Assembly: GCA_965203445.1 (NCBI GenBank)
Contig: OZ241883.1
Location: forward strand, 1-64,000
Direction of reading: 5' to 3'
Source of the DNA: Candidatus Oxydemutator sp.
GTDB lineage: Bacteria > Pseudomonadota > Gammaproteobacteria > Poriferisulfidales > Oxydemutatoraceae
Length of the DNA stretch: 64,000 bases
The stretch's first letter is position 1, and every line of letters starts with the position of its first letter. Both the position numbers and the translations under genes were made by a program. The notes under the pieces were generated by a model. It worked only from the letters and a program-made list of their open reading frames with translations, had not been told where the DNA came from and did not search any database. Shown in pieces: positions 21,160 through 29,665 of the stretch.

Positions 21160-21422
21160 TCGCATAACTTCCCCGCCGCGCCCCTCCCCGGCGGGGAGGG
21201 GCGTGGTGGAAGTTGTCCGCAGGCCTATAATGTAACCCTGAACATGGGCCAAAAACCTGGCCCCCACCCCCGCCCTCTCCCGGCACGACAAAGGTTCCAC
21301 CGGAATACCGTTCGTCGGAAAAAGTCATTCGTCGGCCATATGCTGCCGTTTGTCCGGTAATTCCATGCTATAGTCGGGACGTGCGTTACACGTTCCTTTT
21401 CAATCCAAAAGGAGCAACAACC

Positions 21423-21860
21423 ATGCACGATACAACCGACATGATAGACAGCGTCCGCGACCTGGAGCGCACCGGCATGAACCGGGAGCAGGCCGAGGCC
21501 CTGACAAAACTGCTGCACGCTTCGATCGTCGAAGCCGTACAGCATCTGGCGACCAAGGCCGAAGTGGCCAAGCTCAGGCAGTACATGGCGACCCACATGG
21601 CAACCAAGGCCGAAGTGGCCGAGCTCAGGCAGTACATGGCGACCCATATGGCGACCAAGACCGAACTGGCCAAACTTGGGGCGCAGGTTATGGCCCATAC
21701 CGACGCGCAAATAGCGCTGCTCAGAGGTGAGCTTACCGAGAAGATAGGCACGGGCATGAAGTATATGGCGCTTTCGGTGGGCTTTTCGACGGCCGCCATC
21801 ATCGCGGCGATTTTCGCCGCAATTTTCGCCGTGTTTTTCGCCACACCCCCCGCCGTCTGA
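21423..21860 (+). CDS. DUF1640-like coiled-coil protein with internal 17-aa repeats
   Basis: AAGGAG RBS; L..TGM..EQAEAL head; repeated ATKAEVA(K/E)LRQYMATHM; C-terminal TM. Confidence 0.7.
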   Translation: MHDTTDMIDSVRDLERTGMNREQAEALTKLLHASIVEAVQHLATKAEVAKLRQYMATHMATKAEVAELRQYMATHMATKTELAKLGAQVMAHTDAQIALLRGELTEKIGTGMKYMALSVGFSTAAIIAAIFAAIFAVFFATPPAV

Positions 21861-21921
21861 AGAAGGATCTGGTCGGGAACGCCGTGGGGCGTTCCCTTAC
21901 CGTTGTACGAGGCCGGAAAGG

Positions 21922-21956
21922 CCCTCACCCCGGCCCTCTCCCAGAAGGAAAGGGTG
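21922..21956. repeat. REP-like palindrome (CCCTCACCC..CCCTCTCCC-N-GGGAGAGGG family)
   Basis: Same family recurs near 21181, 26867, 43961-44064, 45455-45571, 48743, 49650, 51755-51885, 59365-59407 and 60159-60247. Confidence 0.75.
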
Positions 21957-22042
21957 GACGAAGTCCTGCTTCGCCCATAGTATGCGGATGGCGGCGAAAT
22001 TGAGAAAACTCGATTCCGCCGGCGACACCGCGCTTTCACGCT

Positions 22043-25000
22043 ATGCCGACTGACAACCCCACAATCGTGCGCTGGGGCGGCCTGCACGGCTGCGCCGCGG
22101 CGCGCGCCGTGGCCGATCTGCTGCAAGACGAGCGCGTCGCTATCCTGCTGATCGCGCCCGATACGGCGCACGCCGCCCGGTTCGAGTCCGAGTTGCGCTT
22201 CTTCCTGGGCGACGGGCGTGACGTCGTCTCGTTCCCGGACTGGGAGACGCTGCCGTACGACCATTTCTCGCCCCACTCCGACCTGTCGGCGGCGCGCCTT
22301 GCGACGCTTGCGCGCCTGCCGCGGCTTGCGGCCGGCGTGTGCATCACCACGTGCGCCGCGGCGATGCAGCGGCTTACGCCGGCGTCGTTCATTCAGGCGC
22401 GGGCGTTCACGCTGCGATGCGGCGACAAACTCGATATCCACGACTTCCGCAGGCGCCTGAACGAGGACGGCTACGCCGCGACGTCGCAGGTCTCGCATCA
22501 CGGCGACTTCAGCGTGCGCGGCGGCATCGTGGACTTTTACCCGCCGTCGGGCGCGCACCCGGTACGCGTGGAACTGTTCGACGACGAGATCGCAAGCTTG
22601 CGTCTGTTCGACGCGCAAACCCAGATGTCGGCGGAGACGGTCGAGGAGGTCGCGGTGCTGCCGGCGCGCGAGTTTCCGATGGACGCCGCCGCAATCGCGG
22701 GCTTCCGCCGCCGCTTCCGCGTCGAGTTCGACGCGACACCCGGCGAGTGCCCGGTGTACCGCGACGTGAGCGAGCACGTCGTCCCCGGCGGCATCGAACA
22801 TTATCTGCCGCTGTTTTTCGACGACCTGTCCACGCTGTTCGACTACCTGCCGAGCGACGCGCTGGTGGTCTCCACCGAGGCCCTGGACGAACACGCGGCG
22901 GCGCACTGGGATTACGTCGCCGGGCGCTACCGCCAGCTGTGCGAGACGCCGCAGCGCCCGTTGGCGGCACCGCAAAGACTCTATCTGACGCCGGACGAAC
23001 TGGGCGCGCGGACGCGGGATTTTCGCCGCGTCGAGATCCAACCCTTTCGCCACCGCGACAAGCGCGGCGCGCGCCTAGGCGACGTCGTGGATTTTGCGAC
23101 GCGCGTGCCGCCGCCGCTGGCGCTCGACCTGCAACAACCGGATCCCGCCGCCAAGTTGCGCGCGTTCGTAGCCGACTTCGACGGTCGTATCCTGATCGCG
23201 GCGCAATCGCCCGGCTACCGCGAGCGCCTGTCCGAGTTACTCGCCGACTACGGTCTGCGCGCGCACGTCGTCGGCGACTTCAGCGAGTTCGCCGAGGGCA
23301 CCGAACGCCTGTGCCTGTGCGTCGCCGCGTTGCACGAGGGCGCGGTGTTCGACGACGAACGCCTTGCGCTGATAACCGACGAGCAGATCCTGGGGCCGCG
23401 CGCCGCGGCGCGCCGCCGCGCGCGGCGCACACCGGACGCAAACGCCGTCATCGAGAATCTCGGCAGCCTCGAGCCCGGTTGCGCGATAGTCCACGAGGAG
23501 CACGGCGTCGGGCGCTTTCGCGGTCTCGAGGTCATCGAACTGGCCGGCTACCCGTCGGAGTTCTGCGTCGTCGAATACGCCGAAGGCGACAAACTTTACG
23601 TGCCGGTGGCGTCGCTGCATCTGCTGAGCCGCTACGTCGGCGGCGACCCGGAGAGCGCGCCGCTGCACAAGTTGGGCGGCGGCCAATGGCGCAAAAGCCG
23701 GCGCAAGGCCGCGGTCAAGGCGCGCGACGTGGCCGCCGAGCTGCTCGACGTGCAGGCGCGGCGCGACGCCCGCGGCGGCTTCGCCTTCGAGCCGTTCGAG
23801 GCCGACTTCCGCGCCTTCGCGGCGGCCTTCCCGTACGAGGAGACGCCCGACCAGAGCAAGGCCATCGGCGACATCCTGAGCGACATGCGCGCGCCCAGGC
23901 CGATGGACCGCGTGGTGTGCGGCGACGTCGGCTTCGGCAAGACCGAAGTGGCCATGCAGGCGACGTTCGTCGCCGCGTGCAACAGCCGCCAGACCATGGT
24001 GCTGGCGCCGACGACGCTGCTCGCAAGGCAGCACTACGAGACCTTCCGCGAGCGCTTCGCGGCGTGGCCGGTGCGCATCGAAATGCTGTCGAGGTTCCGC
24101 AGCCGCGCCGAAATCGGCGCCAGCGTGGCGGCGATAGAGAAAGGCGCCGCGGACGTCGTCATCGCGACCCACAAACTGCTCCACCAGAACGTGCGCTTCA
24201 AGCGCCCGGGCCTGATCATCATAGACGAGGAACACCGCTTCGGCGTCAAGGACAAGGAAAAGCTGAAGGCGCTGCGCGCGCGATGCGACGTCCTGACGCT
24301 GACCGCGACGCCGATCCCGCGCACCCTGAGCATGAGCCTGAGCGGGCTGCGCGATCTCTCGATTATCGCGACGCCGCCGCCCGGGCGCCACGCCGTCAAA
24401 ACCTTCATCAAGCAGTGGGACGACGCGCTGATCCGCGAGGCCTGCCAGCGCGAGCTGCGGCGCGGCGGCCAGGTGTATTTTCTGCACAACGACGTCAAGA
24501 CCATCGAGGAAATGGCGCGGCGCGTGCGCGAACTGATGCCGCAGGCGCGCGTCGCCGTCGCCCACGGCCAGATGCCGGAACGCCTGCTGGAGAACACGAT
24601 GCTCGACTTCTACCACCGGCGCCGCGACCTCCTGGTGTGCTCGACGATCATCGAAAGCGGCATAGACGTGCCCAGCGCCAACACCATCGTCATCCACCGC
24701 GCCGACCGCCTGGGCCTGGCACAGTTACACCAGTTGCGCGGGCGCGTCGGGCGCTCGCACCATTCCGCCTACGCCTATTTCCTGGTGCCGCCGAAGGCAC
24801 AAATGACCGGCGGCGCGATGAAACGCCTGGAGGCGATAGAGTCGCTCGAAGACTTGGGCATAGGCTTCACGCTGGCGGTGCAGGACCTGGAGATCCGCGG
24901 CGCCGGCGAACTGCTCGGCGAGGAGCAGAGCGGCCATCTGCAAGAGGTCGGCTTCACGATGTACAACCGCCTGCTGAAACGCGCCGTCGAGGCCCTCCAG

Positions 25001-25489
25001 TCGAACGAGGAAGTGGACCTGGACGCGCCGCTCGACACCGTGGCCGAGGTGCGCCTGGGCGAACCGGCGCTGATCCCCGACCACTACGTGCCCGACGTCG
25101 GCCTGCGCCTGGTGCTCTACCGGCGCATCGCCGCGGCCGCCGACCACGACCAGCTCGACGAGCTGAGGCTCGAGATGACCGACCGCTTCGGCGCGCCGCC
25201 CGAGCACGTCGCCAACCTGTTCACGAACGCGGCGTTGCGGCTGCGCTGCCGCGCCCTGGGCATAACCCGCGCCGAGGCCGACGACGCCGGCTTTCGCGTC
25301 CACTTCGCCGGGCAGACGAACTTCGACACCGCCGGGCTGCTCGCGCTGGTGCAGGAGCAACCGGCGCTGTATCGCTTCCACGGCCCGCGCAAGCTGATCA
25401 TCTCCGAGACGCGCGACACCGCGCGTGAACGCAAACGCTACCTCGAAGGCTTTTTTGGGGAATTACATACTTTAATCCGTGAAGGATAG
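22043..25489 (+). CDS. mfd: Transcription-repair coupling factor
   Basis: FPDWETLPYD, GDVGFGKTEVA, DEEHRFG, QLRGRVGRS, DLEIRGAG. The last 10 codons come from the inserted element. Confidence 0.96.
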   Translation: MPTDNPTIVRWGGLHGCAAARAVADLLQDERVAILLIAPDTAHAARFESELRFFLGDGRDVVSFPDWETLPYDHFSPHSDLSAARLATLARLPRLAAGVCITTCAAAMQRLTPASFIQARAFTLRCGDKLDIHDFRRRLNEDGYAATSQVSHHGDFSVRGGIVDFYPPSGAHPVRVELFDDEIASLRLFDAQTQMSAETVEEVAVLPAREFPMDAAAIAGFRRRFRVEFDATPGECPVYRDVSEHVVPGGIEHYLPLFFDDLSTLFDYLPSDALVVSTEALDEHAAAHWDYVAGRYRQLCETPQRPLAAPQRLYLTPDELGARTRDFRRVEIQPFRHRDKRGARLGDVVDFATRVPPPLALDLQQPDPAAKLRAFVADFDGRILIAAQSPGYRERLSELLADYGLRAHVVGDFSEFAEGTERLCLCVAALHEGAVFDDERLALITDEQILGPRAAARRRARRTPDANAVIENLGSLEPGCAIVHEEHGVGRFRGLEVIELAGYPSEFCVVEYAEGDKLYVPVASLHLLSRYVGGDPESAPLHKLGGGQWRKSRRKAAVKARDVAAELLDVQARRDARGGFAFEPFEADFRAFAAAFPYEETPDQSKAIGDILSDMRAPRPMDRVVCGDVGFGKTEVAMQATFVAACNSRQTMVLAPTTLLARQHYETFRERFAAWPVRIEMLSRFRSRAEIGASVAAIEKGAADVVIATHKLLHQNVRFKRPGLIIIDEEHRFGVKDKEKLKALRARCDVLTLTATPIPRTLSMSLSGLRDLSIIATPPPGRHAVKTFIKQWDDALIREACQRELRRGGQVYFLHNDVKTIEEMARRVRELMPQARVAVAHGQMPERLLENTMLDFYHRRRDLLVCSTIIESGIDVPSANTIVIHRADRLGLAQLHQLRGRVGRSHHSAYAYFLVPPKAQMTGGAMKRLEAIESLEDLGIGFTLAVQDLEIRGAGELLGEEQSGHLQEVGFTMYNRLLKRAVEALQSNEEVDLDAPLDTVAEVRLGEPALIPDHYVPDVGLRLVLYRRIAAAADHDQLDELRLEMTDRFGAPPEHVANLFTNAALRLRCRALGITRAEADDAGFRVHFAGQTNFDTAGLLALVQEQPALYRFHGPRKLIISETRDTARERKRYLEGFFGELHTLIREG

Positions 25490-26828
25490 TGAAGTAGCTG
25501 ATTTTATGTAAGATTTTGTTATAATGTTTGAGAATGAAGGTTCATAGAACAATTCGATACAGGCTGCATGCCAGCACGCATGCCAAAGCCCGCAAGTTGG
25601 CGGGTTTGGCGGGTGCGTGCAGGTTTGTGTGGAACCATTTTGTAGGAAAGTTACGGGATGAGTATATAGCATATGGAAGATGCAGGCCTTGGTATTTTAC
25701 ATTGGGCAAGCAGTTCACTCTGTTGCGACGTTATTGTGAACCCTGGTTGCAGGAATACTCGGCCAACATAGTAAAGAGTTCTTTGAAGCCCATAGAAACT
25801 GCGTACAAGAAGTTCTATGACAAGAAAGGAGGACTCCCTAGGTTTCATGCAAGATATGTACATCATGAGAGTTTCCCTTTGGTATCTGGTTTGTTTCGTA
25901 TAAGGGGTCGCCATTTGCATATAGCCAAGATAGGCGAGGTGCTGTTGCTTGGCCATAATCCGTATCCCGATGCAAAGCCCGTGTCGGGCACAGTCAAAAG
26001 GGAATGCGGGAATTGGTATGCATACATAGTGTATAAAGTGGAACAGAAAGAAGTTAAACGTGAATATAATTCAGTAGGCATAGACAGAAATGTAGGTCAA
26101 ATAACATGCTCGGATGGGATAGTTTATCGAATGCCTGATACTACTCGATTAGAGGCGCGTCGTCGTCGTTATCAGCGGATGATGGCGAGGCGGAAGTGCG
26201 GTAGCAGGAAGCACAAGGTAAAACCCTCTAATCGCTATCTGCGTGCCAAGCATTCCCATGCCATAACGTGCAGGAAGATAAAGCAAAAGAGGAACAACTG
26301 GTGTCATCATGTAAGCAGTGAGATAGCAGAGAATTATTCTGTAGTGCATTTGGAGGATTTGAATACGAGGGGCATGACGAGGGGTGCCAAGGGCACGGCT
26401 ACTGCCCCTGGCAGGAATGTGAAGGCCAAGTCGAGCCTGAACAAAGGAATACTACGTACGAACTGGTATAAATTAGAGCAGTATTTGGGTTACAAAACCC
26501 AAGTAAATTATGTATCTGCAAAGAACACGAGTCGTGCTTGCAACAAGTGCGGATGTATAAACGAGAAGAACAGAGTATCGCAATCAATGTTTGTTTGTGT
26601 TGATTGCGGCCATCGAGACAATGCGGACTGGAACGCCGCCAAGAATGGCAAAGTTCTGGGCGATGCTACACTGAATTACAAGGCCTCCGGGAATGGGGCT
26701 ACTGGACGCGGAGGTGGCGGTAAGACCTTGAAGGAATTATTAACCGACAAGGCACGGCCTGTGAAGCGTCAAATGGATACTTCAATCTCAGAGAATAATG
26801 TTCTCACGGATTAAAGTATATAATTCCC
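25458..26828 (+). mobile_element. Non-autonomous TIR-bounded element (IS1595-like ends) carrying only tnpB
   Basis: Left end gggaattacatactttaatccgtga (25458-25482) and right end tcacggattaaagtatataattccc (26804-26828) are 24/25 inverted. Direct repeat cttttttg at 25450-25457 and 26829-26836. Interior is AT-rich. Confidence 0.9.
25534..26814 (+). CDS. tnpB: TnpB RNA-guided endonuclease (IS200/IS605 OrfB family)
   Basis: AGACRFVWN; RuvC-I GIDRN; RuvC-II LEDLN; Zn ribbon TSRACNKC..CVDC; RuvC-III NADWNAAKN. Confidence 0.93.
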   Translation: MKVHRTIRYRLHASTHAKARKLAGLAGACRFVWNHFVGKLRDEYIAYGRCRPWYFTLGKQFTLLRRYCEPWLQEYSANIVKSSLKPIETAYKKFYDKKGGLPRFHARYVHHESFPLVSGLFRIRGRHLHIAKIGEVLLLGHNPYPDAKPVSGTVKRECGNWYAYIVYKVEQKEVKREYNSVGIDRNVGQITCSDGIVYRMPDTTRLEARRRRYQRMMARRKCGSRKHKVKPSNRYLRAKHSHAITCRKIKQKRNNWCHHVSSEIAENYSVVHLEDLNTRGMTRGAKGTATAPGRNVKAKSSLNKGILRTNWYKLEQYLGYKTQVNYVSAKNTSRACNKCGCINEKNRVSQSMFVCVDCGHRDNADWNAAKNGKVLGDATLNYKASGNGATGRGGGGKTLKELLTDKARPVKRQMDTSISENNVLTD

Positions 26829-26942
26829 CTTTTTTGATACCATTGCGCATTGATGTCCGTCGCCCACCCTCTCCTACGGGGGAGAGGGTTACATGATGGG
26901 CCCGCGAACAATATCTCCCTCTGGGTGAGGGAGAATGCAGCA

Positions 26943-27557
26943 ATGTACAGGAACCCGAAAAAAATGCTCGCCCGGTTGTTGGCGGCGGCGGTGCTGCCGG
27001 GCGCGCCGGGCGCGCACGCGCAGCAGGACGCCGAGCTGTACCAGATCGAAATGATCATCGTCAGGCACGTCGGCGCCGAGATCAAGCGGCTGCGCGACAT
27101 CGTCAACCCGGAACTGGCGCACCGGCTGAGGCAGCCGGCGCTCGCGCTGGCCGACGCGGCGCCGCCGGATCCGATCTTTCCGGTGACCGACGAGACGCAA
27201 TACCGGCTGGCCGAACGGGCCGAGAAGATACGCGCCGACGCCTCGCTCGAGATCGTGCGCCACCTCGCGTGGCGCCAGCCGCCGTACAACCGGGAACAGG
27301 CGCGCTACGTCCATTTCCTGAGCGAACCGTCGGCCGGGGTACTGAAGGGCGTGGCCTGGCTCAGCTACGAGAACTACTTTCAGCTGCGCCTGGATTTCCA
27401 GTACGACCCGGCGTACTCCGACGAACCGGCGGTGTCGTCGCAGCCGACGACGACGCTGATTCCGATACACTTGAAAAAAGTCCTGGCCGACGACGAACTG
27501 CACTATCTCGATCACCCCATCATCGGCGTGTTGGTCGTGATCACGCCGGTGCCATAG
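26943..27557 (+). CDS. CsiV-like periplasmic protein
   Basis: YQIEMII, HLAWRQP, ELHYLDHPIIGVLV; usual neighbour of mfd. Confidence 0.7.
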   Translation: MYRNPKKMLARLLAAAVLPGAPGAHAQQDAELYQIEMIIVRHVGAEIKRLRDIVNPELAHRLRQPALALADAAPPDPIFPVTDETQYRLAERAEKIRADASLEIVRHLAWRQPPYNREQARYVHFLSEPSAGVLKGVAWLSYENYFQLRLDFQYDPAYSDEPAVSSQPTTTLIPIHLKKVLADDELHYLDHPIIGVLVVITPVP

Positions 27558-27685
27558 CGATAGACGGCGGTGCACGGGCTTGTTCACACGGGCTTGTTCA
27601 CCGGTTCGGTGCGTGGATGGCTTCGCCGGGGGCATCCGCGGCAAGGCCCTGCCGCGGGCGGGCGGTTGCGCGCGGCGCGCCCGCC

Positions 27686-29080
27686 CTACGACGCGACGGC
27701 CACGGCCTCGCGGATGCGGCGCAGGCAGCGCTCCTTGCCAAGCCACTGCATGACGCGGCTCAGATCCGGAGCGGGGGCGCCGCCGGTCAGTGCGTAGCGC
27801 AACGGTCTGCCGAGTTTTCCCATCGAAATATCCAGTTCCTTCAGCACCCCGGACAAGGCCGCTTGCAACGCCTCGGCGTGCCAGTCCTCCACCGCCTCGA
27901 GCGTGTCCAGCAGGCGGGCGAAATACGACCGCGCCGCGCCGCCCACGTGCCCGCGCAACGCGGCGGCGTCGGTATCCACTTCGTCGCGGTATAGAAAAAC
28001 CGAACCCTTGGCCATCGCCCGCAACGTCGGGTGGCGCGATCGCATCGCCTCGATCACCTCCGCAAGCGGCGGCCCCCGCTTCGGGTCGCAGCCGAGCGCG
28101 CGCAGACGCGCGGCGAAGTCGTCGCTGAGCGCGGCCGGCGGCGTGCGCGCCAGATAATGCGCGTTCAGCCAGTCGAGCCTGGCCGGATCGAAGGCCGCGG
28201 CGGCGGCGTTCAGCCCGTCGAGATCGAAGTGTTCCTTCATCTCGTCCAACGAGAACAATTCCTGGTCGCCGTGCGACCAGCCGAGGCGCACCAGGCAGTT
28301 CAGCAGCGCCTCCGGCAGATAGCCCTGCTCGCGGTAATGGGCGACGCCGCGCGCGCCGGTGCGCTTCGACAGGCGCGCGCCGGTGTGGTCCAACACCAGC
28401 GGCACGTGCGCGTACTCCGGCGCCGCCGCGCCGAGCGCGCGCAGCAGGTTGATCTGGCGCGGCGCGTTGCTCAGGTGGTCGTCGCCGCGGATCACGTGCG
28501 TGATCTCCGCGTCGGCGTCGTCCACGACGACCGCCAGGTTGTAGGTCGGCGTACCGTCGGCGCGCGCGATCACGAGATCGTCGAGTTCGGCGTTGGCGGT
28601 CGTAATCTCGCCGTGCACGCGGTCGCGGAACGTGACCGCGCCATCTTGTGGATTCTTGAAACGCACGACCGGCTCGACGCCGGGACGCGCCCCGCGGCGT
28701 TCGCGGCAGCGCCCGTCGTAGCGCGGCTTGTCACCCCGGGCCAGCTGCCGGCGGCGCAACTCGTCGAGCTCGTCGCGGGTGCAGTAACAGCGGTAGGCGC
28801 AACCGTCGTCGAGCAGGCGCGCGACGACCTCGCGGTGGCGCCTTGCTCTTCGGCTCTGGTAGAACGGGCCTTCGTCCCAATCCAGGCCGAGCCACGCCAG
28901 AGCCTCGACGATCGCGTCGGAAGACGCGACGCTCGAACGCCCGACGTCGGTGTCCTCGATGCGCAGCACGAAACTGCCGCGGTGGCGGCGCGCGTAGAGC
29001 CACGAGAACAGCGCGGTGCGCACGCCGCCCAGGTGCAGCACGCCGCTGGGGCTAGGCGCGAAGCGCGTGCGAACCTTCAC
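27686..29080 (-). CDS. gltX: Glutamate--tRNA ligase
   Basis: RTRFAPSPSG.LHLGG, LRIEDTD, RLSKR; GTG start overlaps the pgpA stop. Confidence 0.95.
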   Translation of the reverse strand: MKVRTRFAPSPSGVLHLGGVRTALFSWLYARRHRGSFVLRIEDTDVGRSSVASSDAIVEALAWLGLDWDEGPFYQSRRARRHREVVARLLDDGCAYRCYCTRDELDELRRRQLARGDKPRYDGRCRERRGARPGVEPVVRFKNPQDGAVTFRDRVHGEITTANAELDDLVIARADGTPTYNLAVVVDDADAEITHVIRGDDHLSNAPRQINLLRALGAAAPEYAHVPLVLDHTGARLSKRTGARGVAHYREQGYLPEALLNCLVRLGWSHGDQELFSLDEMKEHFDLDGLNAAAAAFDPARLDWLNAHYLARTPPAALSDDFAARLRALGCDPKRGPPLAEVIEAMRSRHPTLRAMAKGSVFLYRDEVDTDAAALRGHVGGAARSYFARLLDTLEAVEDWHAEALQAALSGVLKELDISMGKLGRPLRYALTGGAPAPDLSRVMQWLGKERCLRRIREAVAVAS

Positions 29081-29598
29081 GCGCCGACCACGAACGCCAG
29101 CGCCTGCACCACCGCCAGCGTAGCCAGGCCGGCGAGCGCGTCGTCCAACATGATGCCGAAACCGCCGGCGACGCCTCGGTCGGCGCGATCTATCGGCCAC
29201 GGCTTGAGCACGTCGAACGTGCGAAACAGCAGGAACGCGAACACCACCCACACCCACGCGTCGCCGTCGCCGCCGGGCAGGTGGAACAGACCGAGCAACA
29301 TGCCGGCGACCTCGTCGACGACGATGGCGCGATGATCGTGCACGCCGAGCGTCGCGCTCGAGTAGCCGGCGGCCGCGGCGCCGACGACGAACAGCGCGGC
29401 CACCGCGCCCAGGTACAGCCACGCGGGCCAGCCGGCGAGCAACGAATACACCGGAATCGCCAGCAAGGTGCCGGCGGTGCCGGGCGCCACCGGCGACAGG
29501 CCGGCGCCGCACCCGAGCGACAGCAGATGGGCCGGATGGCGCAGCATGAAGCGCAAACCGGGGTGCGCCACGCCCGCGCCGGCGGCGCTCACGCCCAT
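29077..29598 (-). CDS. pgpA: Phosphatidylglycerophosphatase A
   Basis: APGTAGT, IVVDEVAG, FRTFDVLKPWPI, GIMLDD. Confidence 0.92.
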   Translation of the reverse strand: MGVSAAGAGVAHPGLRFMLRHPAHLLSLGCGAGLSPVAPGTAGTLLAIPVYSLLAGWPAWLYLGAVAALFVVGAAAAGYSSATLGVHDHRAIVVDEVAGMLLGLFHLPGGDGDAWVWVVFAFLLFRTFDVLKPWPIDRADRGVAGGFGIMLDDALAGLATLAVVQALAFVVGA

Positions 29599-29665
29599 GG
29601 CCGGAAGAAACCGCCGGATTTCACGTGCACCAGCATACCAGCGACGACGGCGCCCTCGAACGCGC

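Noticed and set aside
25534-26814. Cas12f/type V CRISPR effector, or an ordinary IS605/IS1341 element
   Set aside because: No array or cas genes. The boundaries are TIRs plus an 8-bp TSD, which IS200/IS605 elements do not make; a nested origin is kept only as the alternative in the finding.
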